Assembly: GCA_964438465.1 (NCBI GenBank)
Contig: CAYTMB010000001.1
Location: 1-38,072, forward strand
Length of the DNA stretch: 38,072 nucleotides
From: an uncultured Rhodovulum sp.
Lineage (GTDB): Bacteria; Pseudomonadota; Alphaproteobacteria; Rhodobacterales; Rhodobacteraceae
Direction: 5' to 3'
Shown here: positions 1 through 8,897 of the stretch, piece after piece
How the letters are laid out: each line of letters opens with the position of its first letter
Position numbering within the stretch: position 1 is the first letter of the stretch
Notes under the pieces: generated by a model
What the model was told of the DNA's origin: nothing
The model's database searches: none
What the model saw: only the letters and a program-made list of their open reading frames with translations
Position numbers and translations under genes: made by a program

Positions 1-207
1 GGGCTCGCGCGCGGCGAGACGGGGGCGCTGGTGATCCGCATCGGCGCCGGCGCGCCGCCGTTCCGCTGGCTGGTCGACGGCGCGCCGCTGGCGGCCGATC
101 CGTTCGACCGGCAGGCGGAATGGTCGCCCGACGGCGCCGGCTTCGTCGAGGTCGCGGTGATCGACGCCACCGGCGCGGCGGCGCGGGCGCGGCTGTTCGT
201 GGAATAG
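1..207 (+). CDS. pbpC: C-terminal fragment of penicillin-binding protein 1C (5' end outside window)
   Basis: Frame +1 reads GLARGETGALVIRIGAGAPPFRWLVDGAPLAADPFDRQAEWSPDGAGFVEVAVIDATGAAARARLFVE* (TAG 205-207). This matches the PBP1C C-terminal pattern G..PF.WLVDG.P...W.PDG.GF..L.VIDA.G. Not listed in the ORF track. Confidence 0.8.
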   Translation, partial: GLARGETGALVIRIGAGAPPFRWLVDGAPLAADPFDRQAEWSPDGAGFVEVAVIDATGAAARARLFVE

Positions 208-231
208 GGCGCGGGTGCCGCGCCCGCTCGC

Positions 232-1158
232 CTACGCCGGGGCGGGTCCGAAGGCGGGGTCGGATTCGATCGCCTCCAGCGCCGCGGCGAGTTGCAGGGC
301 GAACTTCGCGGAGGCGACGGGCAGGGTGCGGCCGCGCATCTGGCCGAGCAGGAGCAGGCCGGCGGCGAGGTCGCGGCGGTCGATCTCGCGCACGACGAGG
401 CGCGGGTCGCGGGCGGGCAGGAGGCCGATGGGGATCTGGAAGCTGATCGCGCGCTCGTAGAGCACGTACTGGCGCATCAGCTCGAAGCTGTCGGCCTCGA
501 CCACCGGGTTCAGCCGCAGCGAGCGGCCGTTGGTGGCCATCTCCAGCAGGTGGCGCACGCCGTATTCGGCGGCGGGGATCACATGCGGCGCGTCGAGGCA
601 TTCGCGCAGGCGCAGCACGGGTTTCTTCGCCAGCGGATGGTCGGCGGCCATCACCGCGCGGACCGGCTGGGCCACCGCCTTGATCACCTCGAAATCGGCG
701 AGATAGACCGGCTCGAACACCAGCGCGAGGTCGCTGGAGAAGGTCGAGAGATCGCGCTCGGCGGCGGCGCGGTCGCGGACCCGCACCGAGAAGGTGACGC
801 GCGGATGCTCGGCGCGGTAGCGGGCGATCTGCTCGGGCAGGAAGATCGGGTTCACCGCCTGCGAACAGGCGATCGAGATATGGCCGCGGCGCTCGCCGGT
901 CAGGTCGGCGACCTGGGCGCGGATGCGATCGAGGTCGCTGAGCTGGCTGCGGATGTGCTGCATCAGCAGCTCGCCCGCCGGGTTCAGCCGCACGCCGCGC
1001 GGCAGGCGTTCGAAGATCTGGGCGCCGAATTCGGCCTCGAAGCCCTGGATTCGCCGGTTCAACGCCGAGGAGGTGAGGTTGAGATCCTCGGCCGCCTTGC
1101 GAATCGAGCCGGCCCGCGCGACGTCTCGGATCATCTGGAGCGTCTGCAAGTGCCTCAT
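232..1158 (-). CDS. LysR-family transcriptional regulator (AtzR-like by context)
   Basis: N-terminal HTH (VARAGSIRKAAEDLNLTSSALNRRIQGFE...IFERLPRGVRLNPAG) plus substrate-binding domain. Start taken at MRHLQ (ATG 1158). Divergent from atzF. Confidence 0.92.
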   Translation of the reverse strand: MRHLQTLQMIRDVARAGSIRKAAEDLNLTSSALNRRIQGFEAEFGAQIFERLPRGVRLNPAGELLMQHIRSQLSDLDRIRAQVADLTGERRGHISIACSQAVNPIFLPEQIARYRAEHPRVTFSVRVRDRAAAERDLSTFSSDLALVFEPVYLADFEVIKAVAQPVRAVMAADHPLAKKPVLRLRECLDAPHVIPAAEYGVRHLLEMATNGRSLRLNPVVEADSFELMRQYVLYERAISFQIPIGLLPARDPRLVVREIDRRDLAAGLLLLGQMRGRTLPVASAKFALQLAAALEAIESDPAFGPAPA

Positions 1159-1180
1159 TTCGCGCGGCTTTCGATTGAGT

Positions 1181-1197
1181 GCTGCGTTAGGTGCAGC
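1181..1197. promoter_or_regulatory. Putative LysR recognition site (T-N11-A inverted repeat)
   Basis: GCTGC-GTTAGGT-GCAGC, with T1183 and A1195 separated by 11 nt, in the AT-richer divergent gap 22 bp upstream of the lysR start. Confidence 0.6.
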
Positions 1198-1338
1198 GTA
1201 ATGCTGAAAACTTAGCAATAGAAGTCATCGCTCGGAAGCCGCAAAGATCGGGACGGTTCGGCGGCGGAGTGGTTGCGGCGTGCAGGGTTCGAGGCTGACA
1301 TCAGGGGCGGGCTTGCGGCGGCGCGGAGGCGCGGGGTG

Positions 1339-3132
1339 ATGCGCGACCTGCCGTTCACGCTCGCGGGGCTGCGCGCGGCCTATGCGGCCGGCGCGGCGCC
1401 GGCGGCGGTGGTGGCCGAGGCCTACCGACGCATCGCGGCGCTGGGCGATCCGGGGATTTTCCTGCATCTGGTCCCGCTGGAGCAGGCGATGGCCGAGGCG
1501 GAGGCGCTGGGCGTCTTCGATCCGGCGAAGCCGCTGTGGGGCGCGCCCTTCGCGGTCAAGGACAACATCGACGTCGCGGGCTGCCCGACGACGGCGGCCT
1601 GCCCGGCCTTCGCCTTCCAGCCGCAGGGCGACGCCTTCGTGGTGGCGCGGCTGCGCGCGGCCGGCGCGATCCCGCTCGGCAAGACCAACCTCGACCAGTT
1701 CGCGACCGGCCTCGTCGGGACGCGCACGCCGTTTCCGGTTCCCAGGAACGCGCTCGATCCGGAGATCGTGCCGGGCGGCTCGTCCTCGGGCTCGGCGGTG
1801 GCGGTGGCGCAGGGGCTGGTGAGCTTCGCGCTCGGGACCGACACCGCCGGCTCGGGGCGGGTGCCGGCGGCGCTGAACAACATCGTCGGGCTGAAGCCGT
1901 CGCTGGGGGCGCTGTCGGGGCGCGGGGTGGTGCCGGCCTGCCGGACCCTCGACACGGTGTCGGTCTTCGCGCTGACCGTCGCGGACGCCTACGCGGCCTT
2001 TGCGGCGGCGGCGGGGTTCGATGCGGGCGATCCGTTCGCGCGGCGGGTGGCGGTCGCGCCGCTCGGGGCGGCGCCGCCGCATCCGGCGGTGGGCGTGCCG
2101 AGCCCGGGCTCGCTGCGGTTCTTCGGCGACGCGGCGCAGGCGGCGTCGTTCGCGGCGGCCTGCGCCCGGCTGGAGGCGGGCGGCGCGCGGCTGGTCGAGG
2201 TCGATCTGGCGCCGTTCCACGAGGTGGCGGAGCTGCTCTATCAGGGGCCCTGGGTCGCCGAGCGGCACACGGTGATCGAGGCCCTGCTGGCGGCCGATCC
2301 GGAGGCGGTCGACCCGGTGGTGCGCGGCATCGTCGCCGCCGCCGCCGGGTTTTCGGCGACCGACGCGTTTCGCGCGTTCTACCGGCTGGCCGAACTGCGC
2401 CGGGCGGTCGAGCCGGCGCTCGCCTCGGTCGATCTGCTCTGCGTCCCCTCGATCCCCACGTTCTATTCGCGCGCGGACCTCGCCGCCGATCCGGTCGGGC
2501 CGAACGCGCGGCTGGGGACCTACACCAACTTCGTCAACCTGCTGGGGATGTGCGGGCTGGCCGTGCCGATCCCCGCGCGCGCCGACGGGCGGCCGGGCGG
2601 GGTGACGCTGCTGGCCGAGGCCGGGCGCGACGGGCTGCTGGCGAGCGTCGGGGCGGGGATCGAGGGGTGGGGGCCGCGCAGCCTCGGCGCGACCGGCTGG
2701 CCGCTGTCCGAGAAGGCCCCGGCCGCGGTCCGGACGGGCGCCGAGGAGATGGAGCTCGCGGTCTGCGGCGCGCATATGTCGGGGCTGGCGCTGAACCACG
2801 AGCTGACCCGGTACGGGGCGCGGTTCCTGCGCGCGGTCCGCACCACGCCGGACTACCGGCTCTACAGCCTGCCGGGCGGCCCGCCGCGCCGGCCCGGGAT
2901 GCTGCGCGGCTCCGGCGGGCGGGCCATCGCGCTGGAGGTCTGGGCGCTGCCGAAGGCCGCGTTCGGCGCCTTTTTCGCCGGCGTGCCGGCGCCGCTGGGG
3001 ATTGGGACGGTGACGCTGGAGGACGGCTCGGCGCCGAAGGGCTTCCTCGTCGAGGCCGCCGGCGTCGTCGGGGCCGAGGACGTCACCGCGCTGGGCGACT
3101 GGCGCCGGGTGATCGCGGAGGCCGCCTCGTGA
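1339..3132 (+). CDS. atzF: Allophanate hydrolase
   Basis: Amidase signature (AVKDNID, GKTNLDQFATGLVGTRTP, GGSSSGSA, GTDTAGSGRVPA) plus the allophanate-hydrolase C-terminal domain (LAVCGAHMSGLALN...PAPLGIGTVTLEDG). Start at MRDLPFT. Confidence 0.93.
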   Translation: MRDLPFTLAGLRAAYAAGAAPAAVVAEAYRRIAALGDPGIFLHLVPLEQAMAEAEALGVFDPAKPLWGAPFAVKDNIDVAGCPTTAACPAFAFQPQGDAFVVARLRAAGAIPLGKTNLDQFATGLVGTRTPFPVPRNALDPEIVPGGSSSGSAVAVAQGLVSFALGTDTAGSGRVPAALNNIVGLKPSLGALSGRGVVPACRTLDTVSVFALTVADAYAAFAAAAGFDAGDPFARRVAVAPLGAAPPHPAVGVPSPGSLRFFGDAAQAASFAAACARLEAGGARLVEVDLAPFHEVAELLYQGPWVAERHTVIEALLAADPEAVDPVVRGIVAAAAGFSATDAFRAFYRLAELRRAVEPALASVDLLCVPSIPTFYSRADLAADPVGPNARLGTYTNFVNLLGMCGLAVPIPARADGRPGGVTLLAEAGRDGLLASVGAGIEGWGPRSLGATGWPLSEKAPAAVRTGAEEMELAVCGAHMSGLALNHELTRYGARFLRAVRTTPDYRLYSLPGGPPRRPGMLRGSGGRAIALEVWALPKAAFGAFFAGVPAPLGIGTVTLEDGSAPKGFLVEAAGVVGAEDVTALGDWRRVIAEAAS

Positions 3133-3140
3133 GCCCCCGG

Positions 3141-3518
3141 TCAGCCCGCGACGCTGACATGCGCCGCGACGATGCGCCAGCCTTCGGGCCGGCGCATCCA
3201 GACCTGGGTCTGCGAGCCGCGCGCGCCGGAGGCCAGCCGGCGATACTCGGCGGTCGCCACGCCGAAGTCGGGCGACCAGGCCACGACCTCGACCCGCTCC
3301 AGCGCGCGGGCGAGGCCGCTGACGTCGCGGCCGGCGCGGAAGGCCGCGATCGCGGCGTGGCCGTAGAGGCCGCCCTCGGTGGTCATCCGGATCGCCCGCG
3401 GATCCTCCCAGAAGAAGCCGGCCAGCGCCGCGACGTCGTTGGCCGCCAGCGCCGTCTCGTAGGCCTCGAACGCGGCCCGGATCTCCGCCGCCGCCGTCGC
3501 CTCGTCGAAGTCCTGCAT
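3141..3518 (-). CDS. AtzH/TrtB/HpxZ-like NTF2-fold protein (DUF3225-like)
   Basis: 125 aa: [22 protein letters not shown]...[14 protein letters not shown]...[22 protein letters not shown], the typical pattern of this family. Lies among atzE/F/G homologues. Confidence 0.85.
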   Translation of the reverse strand: MQDFDEATAAAEIRAAFEAYETALAANDVAALAGFFWEDPRAIRMTTEGGLYGHAAIAAFRAGRDVSGLARALERVEVVAWSPDFGVATAEYRRLASGARGSQTQVWMRRPEGWRIVAAHVSVAG

Positions 3519-3607
3519 CCGGCCGTCTCCCTGTCCCGCCCCGCCATAGCAAACCGTCCGTCCGCGCGCCACGCCGCCGGCGTCCCGCATCCGAAAGGCC
3601 CCGCCCG

Positions 3608-4294
3608 ATGACCCATGTCCGCCTCGCCGCCGAACCCGCCGCCATCGCCATCGACCCCGTACGCACGGCGCTGGTCATCATCGACATGCAGCGCGACTTC
3701 CTCGAACCCGGCGGCTTTGGCGAGACGCTGGGCAACGACGTCAGCCTGCTGCAGGCCGCCGTCGGCCCCTGCGCCGTCGCGATCTCGGCGGCCCGCGTCG
3801 CCGGGATGCTGGTGATCCACACCCGCGAGGGCCACCGGCCGGACCTGACCGACGCGCCGCCGGCGAAGCTCGCCCGCGGCGAGCCGTCCCGGCGCATCGG
3901 CGACCCCGGCCCGATGGGCCGCATCCTGATCCGCGGCGAGCCCGGCCACGACATCGTGGACGCGCTCGCCCCGGCGCCGGGCGAAGTGGTGCTCGACAAG
4001 CCCGGCAAGGGCGCGTTCCACGCCACCGACCTCGAGCAGGTGCTGCGCAACAACCGCATCGACACGCTGATCGTCGGCGGCGTCACCACCGAGGTCTGCG
4101 TGCACACCACCATCCGCGAGGGCAACGACCGCGGCTATCGCTGCGTGGCGCTGGCCGACGCCTGCGCGAGCTATTTCCCCGAGTTCCACCGCGTCGGGCT
4201 CGAGATGATCAAGGCCCAGGGCGGCATCTTCGGCTGGGTCTCGGACGCCGCCGCCTTCGCAAACGCCCTCCGGTCCGCCGCGCAGGCGGCCTGA
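3608..4294 (+). CDS. trtA: Isochorismatase-family cysteine hydrolase, triuret hydrolase type
   Basis: Catalytic D26/K131/C164, second Lys in KPGK and Q204 place it in the BiuH/TrtA clade. The discriminating positions read F37, L41, N43, E162, Y189, I207, the TrtA pattern (F/L/N/E/Y/I) rather than the BiuH pattern (Y/M/Y/D/T/V), with a constant +2 offset to the recalled reference numbering. Confidence 0.82.
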   Translation: MTHVRLAAEPAAIAIDPVRTALVIIDMQRDFLEPGGFGETLGNDVSLLQAAVGPCAVAISAARVAGMLVIHTREGHRPDLTDAPPAKLARGEPSRRIGDPGPMGRILIRGEPGHDIVDALAPAPGEVVLDKPGKGAFHATDLEQVLRNNRIDTLIVGGVTTEVCVHTTIREGNDRGYRCVALADACASYFPEFHRVGLEMIKAQGGIFGWVSDAAAFANALRSAAQAA

Positions 4295-4320
4295 CCCCCC
4301 ACACACAGGAGCGACCCCAC

Positions 4321-5919
4321 ATGGCCACCTCTGCTGTCGCGCGCACCGGCCCCAGTCTCTGGGCGCCCGGCGACTGGAACGCCTTCTTTGGCTTCGGCAC
4401 CAACATCCTCGTCAACCTGCTGGTGCTGACCGGCCTCTTGCAGTTCGTGCTGCAGATGCCGACCGACCTGATCTTCGGCCGCATCCTGCCCGCGCTGGGG
4501 CTGATGATGTTCCTCTCGACCGGGTACTACGCCTGGCTCGCCTACCAGTACGCGAGGAGGACCGGGCGCGACGACGTCTGCGCGCTGCCCTCGGGCATTT
4601 CGGTGCCACATATGTTCGTGGTGACCTTCGTCATCATGATGCCGATCGCCACCATGACCGGCGACCCGATCAAGGGCTGGGAAGCCGGCCTCGTCTGGGT
4701 GTTCTTCCAGAGCTTCATCCTGATGATCGGCGGCTTCATCGCCCCCTGGATCCGGCATGTCACCCCGCGCGCCGCGCTGCTCGGCACGCTCGCCGGCGTC
4801 TCGGTCGCCTTCATCTCGATGCGGCCGGCGCTCGAGATGTTCATGAACCCGGTGATCGGCGTGGTCTGCTTCGGCGTCATCATGGTGGCCTGGTTCGGCG
4901 GCGTGCGCTACCCGCGCGGCGTGCCGGCGGGCCTCGTCGCCATCGCCTTCGGCATGCTGGTGGCCTGGGGCGCGGCGCTGCTCGGCCTGCCCGGCGCCGG
5001 CATGAGCCTCGGCGGCCTCACCGGGGCCTTCGCCAACTTCGGCTTCTCGCTGCCGATCCCGGCGATCGACCACCTGTTCTCGGGCTTCGAGTTCCTCGGG
5101 ATCGTGCTCGTCACCGCCATCCCCTTCGGCATCTACGACCTCGTCGAGGCGATGGACAACGTCGAGAGCGCCGAGGCCGCGGGCGACGTCTATCCGACCA
5201 CCCGCGTGCTGACCGCCGACGGCGTGGTCAGCCTGATCGGCTGCCTGATGGGCAATCCCTTCATCAACGCCGTCTACATCGGCCATCCCGGCTGGAAGGC
5301 GATGGGCGGGCGGATCGGCTATTCGCTGGCGACCGGGGTGATGGTGATCGCGCTCTGCTGGTTCGGCATCGTCGCGGTGCTGCTGGCGCTGGTGCCGGTG
5401 GTGGCGATCTCGCCGATCCTGCTCTACATCGGCATGCTGATCGGGGCGCAGGCGTTCCAGACCACGCCGAAGTCGCACGCCCCGGCCGTCGTACTCGGCC
5501 TGCTGCCGCATCTCGCCGCCTGGGCGCTGACGCTGATCCACGGCGCGCTGGGCGCGGCGGGGGTGATCGTCACCGAGGAGCTGATCGCCGGCATGGCGCA
5601 GAACGGCGTGCTCTACCACGGGCTCGAGGTGTTCGGCTCGGGGGCGATCCTGACCGGGCTGGTGCTCGCGGCGATCGGCGTCTTCGTGATCGAGCGCGAG
5701 TTCGACAAGGCCGCCGCCTTCGCCCTCGCCGGCGCGGTGATGACCTTCTTCGGCTTCATGCACGGCGAGACGGTGGGCTTCGCGGTCACGCCGATGGTGG
5801 CGCTGTCCTACGCCATCGTCGCGGTGTTCCTCTACGCGCTCGGCAAGCTGAACTGGGCGACCGGCGAGGCGCCGATGGCCGAGCCGGCGCCCGATCCCTC
5901 CGTGCAGCCGGCGGAGTGA
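4321..5919 (+). CDS. NCS2/AzgA-like nucleobase-ureide permease
   Basis: 532 aa with many hydrophobic segments. Motifs GDWNAFFG, ALPSGIS, TPRAALLGTLAG, NVESAEAAGD, YIGHPGWKAMGGRIGYS. Ribosome-binding site AGGAG upstream. Confidence 0.8.
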   Translation: MATSAVARTGPSLWAPGDWNAFFGFGTNILVNLLVLTGLLQFVLQMPTDLIFGRILPALGLMMFLSTGYYAWLAYQYARRTGRDDVCALPSGISVPHMFVVTFVIMMPIATMTGDPIKGWEAGLVWVFFQSFILMIGGFIAPWIRHVTPRAALLGTLAGVSVAFISMRPALEMFMNPVIGVVCFGVIMVAWFGGVRYPRGVPAGLVAIAFGMLVAWGAALLGLPGAGMSLGGLTGAFANFGFSLPIPAIDHLFSGFEFLGIVLVTAIPFGIYDLVEAMDNVESAEAAGDVYPTTRVLTADGVVSLIGCLMGNPFINAVYIGHPGWKAMGGRIGYSLATGVMVIALCWFGIVAVLLALVPVVAISPILLYIGMLIGAQAFQTTPKSHAPAVVLGLLPHLAAWALTLIHGALGAAGVIVTEELIAGMAQNGVLYHGLEVFGSGAILTGLVLAAIGVFVIEREFDKAAAFALAGAVMTFFGFMHGETVGFAVTPMVALSYAIVAVFLYALGKLNWATGEAPMAEPAPDPSVQPAE

Positions 5920-6122
5920 GCCGGGTGGCCGGTGCGGACGCCTGGATCGACGCGGCCTCGGCGGCGGTGGGTCTCTCCATCGCCGAGGCCTGGCGGCCGG
6001 GCGTCGCGCGGTTCCTCGCGCTCGCCGCCGAGATGGCGGCGACGCTGGAGACGGTCGATCTCGGCGACGAACTGGCGCTCGCGCCGGTGTTTCTTCCCCC
6101 GGAGACGCTGCGGCATGACTGA
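5916..6122 (+). CDS. atzG: AtzG-like small subunit (DUF4089-like)
   Basis: 68 aa (DAWIDAASAAVGLSIAEAWRPGVARFLALAAEMA...LAPVFLP). Overlaps the permease stop (GTGA) and the atzE start. Confidence 0.78.
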   Translation: MSRVAGADAWIDAASAAVGLSIAEAWRPGVARFLALAAEMAATLETVDLGDELALAPVFLPPETLRHD

Positions 6123-7554
6123 TCCGACTTCGCCCTGGGCCACCGCGGGCGAGATCGCCGGGGCGGTCTCGAGCGGCGCGGCCAGCGCCGTCGCGGTGAC
6201 CGAGGCGGCGCTGGCGCGGATCGCGGCGCTGAACGGCGCGGTCAACGCCTATACCGACGTGACCGCGGGCCGCGCGCGGGCCGAGGCGGCGGCGGTCGAC
6301 GCCGCGCGCGCGGCGGGCCGGCCGCTCGGGCCGCTGGCGGGCGTGCCCTATGCGGTGAAGAACCTGTTCGACGTCACCGGCCTGCCGACCCGCGCCGGCT
6401 CGCTGATCAACCGCGAGCGGGCGCCGGCCGAGGCGGACGCCGAACTGGTGAAGCGCATGTCGGCGGCGGGGGCGGTGTTGCTCGGCGCGTTGAATATGGG
6501 CGAATACGCCTATGACTTCACCGGAGAAAACGCCCATGACGGCGCCTGCCGCAATCCGCACGATCCGGGGCGGATGACCGGCGGTTCGTCCTCGGGTTGC
6601 GGCGCCGCCACCGCCGCGGGGCTGGCGCCGGTCTCGCTCGGCTCGGACACCAACGGCTCGCTGCGGGTGCCCGCCGCGCTCTGCGGCGTGTTCAGCCTGA
6701 AGCCGACCTACGGGCGATTGAGCCGGACCGGGGCGTTTCCCTTCGTCGACAGCCTCGACCATCTCGGACCGTTCGCGCGCGGCGCCGGCGACCTCGCGCG
6801 CGCCTACGACGCGCTGCAGGGGCCGGATCCGCAGGACCACGGCTGCGCCGACCGCCCGGCCGAACCGGCGGGGCCGGGGCTGGCGTGCGGGGTCGCAGGG
6901 CTGCGGGTAGGCGTGGTCGGCGGCTGGTTTCGCGACAACGCCGGCGAGGCGGCGCGCGCGGCGCAGGCGCAGGCCGCCGACGGGCTGGCGGAGGCTGGGG
7001 CGGCGCTGGTTCCGGTGACGCTCGACGCGGCCGAGGCGGGGCGGGCGGCGGCCTATCTGATCACCAATTCCGAGAGTTCCGCGTTCCACCTCGACCGGCT
7101 GCGGGCGCGCGCGGCGGATTTCGACCCCGACACCCGCGACCGGTTCCTCGCCGGGGCGCTGCTGCCCGCGGCCTGGGCCAGCCGGGCGCAGCGGGTGCGG
7201 CGCTGGTGGCTGGAGCGGGCGCTGGCGGCCTTCGCTTCGGTCGATCTGCTGCTCGCGCCGGCGACGCCCTGCCCGGCGCCGGTCCGCGGCGCGCGGATGC
7301 TGCGGCTCGGCGGGCGCGAGGTGGCGCTGCGGCCGAGCCTGGGACTGTTCGCGCAGCCGTTCTCCTGCATCGGCCTGCCGGTGGTCACCGCGCCGGTCTT
7401 CGCGGCGGGCGCGCTGCCGCTCGGGGTGCAGTTGGTCGCGCCGCCCTGGCGCGAGGACCGCGCGCTGGCCGCCGCCGCCGCGCTCGAAGCCGCCGGGGTG
7501 GCGTGCGCGCATCCGCCCGCACACCCGGCGCTGCGCGCGCGTTCGGCCGCCTGA
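6115..7554 (+). CDS. atzE: AtzE-family amidase (1-carboxybiuret hydrolase large subunit)
   Basis: AVKNLFDV, GALNMGEYAYDFTGENAHDG, GGSSSG, GSDTNGSLRVPA, RDRFLAGA are typical of the AtzE subfamily. Start MTDPT overlaps atzG by 8 bp. Confidence 0.88.
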   Translation: MTDPTSPWATAGEIAGAVSSGAASAVAVTEAALARIAALNGAVNAYTDVTAGRARAEAAAVDAARAAGRPLGPLAGVPYAVKNLFDVTGLPTRAGSLINRERAPAEADAELVKRMSAAGAVLLGALNMGEYAYDFTGENAHDGACRNPHDPGRMTGGSSSGCGAATAAGLAPVSLGSDTNGSLRVPAALCGVFSLKPTYGRLSRTGAFPFVDSLDHLGPFARGAGDLARAYDALQGPDPQDHGCADRPAEPAGPGLACGVAGLRVGVVGGWFRDNAGEAARAAQAQAADGLAEAGAALVPVTLDAAEAGRAAAYLITNSESSAFHLDRLRARAADFDPDTRDRFLAGALLPAAWASRAQRVRRWWLERALAAFASVDLLLAPATPCPAPVRGARMLRLGGREVALRPSLGLFAQPFSCIGLPVVTAPVFAAGALPLGVQLVAPPWREDRALAAAAALEAAGVACAHPPAHPALRARSAA

Positions 7555-7570
7555 GGACCCGTTCGCCTTC

Positions 7571-7646
7571 CTTTCGGAAGTATGAACAGCGCCGGGATTA
7601 TCCTTTTAATTCAGATGGATACCCCGCTGTGCACGCGTGCACAGCG
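7571..7646 (-). repeat. REP-like palindrome + AT-rich tail element, copy A
   Basis: Perfect 22-bp palindrome CGCTGTGCACGCGTGCACAGCG at 7625-7646. The reverse complement of 7611-7643 matches 12030-12062 at 29/33 nt. Confidence 0.8.
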
Positions 7647-7668
7647 TCGCGATCCCGGCGGCTCGGCG

Positions 7669-8790
7669 TCAGGCCGGTCCGGCCTTGGCGGCCGGTTCGA
7701 CTTCGCCGACGGCTTCGGCGTCGTCCGCCCCGCGCACGACCCGCGGGCGCGGAGCATCCTCGACGATCTCGTCGAGGTCGAGCGTCGAGGCGACGCCGAG
7801 CCGGTCGAAATGGGCGTCGAGCCATTCCCTGGCCAGCGCGCGGCCGCGGCCGAACAGGAAGTCGAGGAACTTCCACTCGGCGTTGAGCTTCGAGGAGGCG
7901 GCGAGGTCATGGGCGTCGTCGTCGCCGTGGATCATGTGCAGGTAGGTCTTGCCGTACTTGCCGAACTCGCCGGTGCCGATCAGCCGCTGCGCGAGGTTGA
8001 TCGCCTGCAGCTCCTTGATCAGCGCCGAGTTGAAGCTGATCTCGTTCACCCGGTTGATGATGTCGCGCGCGGTCCTCGGGAGCTTGTCGCGCACGATCGG
8101 GTTGATCTGCACCACGACGATGTCGGGGCAGTCGAGCTGGATCAGCGGGTAGAGCGCCGGGTTGCCGACGAAGCCGCCGTCCCAGTAGGCCTCGCCGTCG
8201 ATCACCACCGCCGGGAACATCTGCGGCAGGCAGGCCGAGGCCAGCACGGCGTCGGCGGTGACCTCGCCCTGGCGGAAGATCCGCGGCCGGCCGGTGCGCA
8301 CGTTGGTCGCGGTCACGAAGACCTCGACGTCGCGGCAGACGTTGACGTTGTTGAAGTCGACGAGCTTGTCGAGGATCTCGCGCAGCGGATTGGCGCCGCC
8401 CGGATTGAGCTCGTAGGGCGAGAACACCCGGCTGAGATTGTCGAAGAACAGGTAGCCCGGCGAATTGTCGAGGCTGAAGTCGCCGGTGAACCGGTTCCAG
8501 GCGCTGCGGGTGATCGGCGAGAACCGCGCGCCGTCGCTGACCGCCTTCCAGAACGTGCGCAGCGCCGTCCGCGCGCCGGCCCGGCCGCCGCGGGCGTAGC
8601 CGTCGGCGAGCACGACCGCGTTCATCGCGCCGGCGCTGGTGCCGCTGATGCCGCGGATCTGCAGGCGCTCGTCCTCGAGCAGCGCATCGAGCACGCCCCA
8701 GGTCATCGCGCCGTGCGATCCGCCCCCCTGCAGCGCGAGGCTGATCGTCTTCAGCGCTGCGGGAGCGGTCTTTTTTGCGGGAGCGGCCAT
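7669..8790 (-). CDS. Patatin-like phospholipase/esterase
   Basis: LALQGGGSHGA oxyanion motif, GTSAG nucleophile motif, ASACLP, YWDGG. Start at MAAPAKK. Confidence 0.9.
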   Translation of the reverse strand: MAAPAKKTAPAALKTISLALQGGGSHGAMTWGVLDALLEDERLQIRGISGTSAGAMNAVVLADGYARGGRAGARTALRTFWKAVSDGARFSPITRSAWNRFTGDFSLDNSPGYLFFDNLSRVFSPYELNPGGANPLREILDKLVDFNNVNVCRDVEVFVTATNVRTGRPRIFRQGEVTADAVLASACLPQMFPAVVIDGEAYWDGGFVGNPALYPLIQLDCPDIVVVQINPIVRDKLPRTARDIINRVNEISFNSALIKELQAINLAQRLIGTGEFGKYGKTYLHMIHGDDDAHDLAASSKLNAEWKFLDFLFGRGRALAREWLDAHFDRLGVASTLDLDEIVEDAPRPRVVRGADDAEAVGEVEPAAKAGPA

Positions 8791-8897
8791 GCGTGCGATC
8801 CGTGTGACGCCTGAAACGGCGGAGGTCCCGGAAGCTATCCCGCAATGCAGCATTCCGCAAGCGCCACCCTTGCGCCGCAGCGGCGGACTCGCGCGCT

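Noticed and set aside
3519..3607. Sigma-54 promoter or guanidine riboswitch between the atzH-like gene and trtA
   Set aside because: The candidate GG...TTGC has 11-nt rather than 10-nt spacing, and I found no paired ACGR-loop hairpins or ykkC core.
3608..4294. Calling this gene biuret hydrolase (biuH) or a generic isochorismatase
   Set aside because: All six discriminating positions match the TrtA pattern, not the BiuH pattern.
1225..7524. Very long antisense/shadow ORFs (1225-4125, 966 aa; 4171-7524, 1117 aa; 1536-3611)
   Set aside because: Arg/Pro/Gly-rich with no motifs, and they overlap well-supported genes. Such ORFs are expected in very high-GC DNA where stop codons are rare.
232..7554. 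Atrazine/cyanuric acid degradation island
   Set aside because: No atzA-D or barbiturase-family gene and no mobile element in the window. Only lower-pathway homologues are present.
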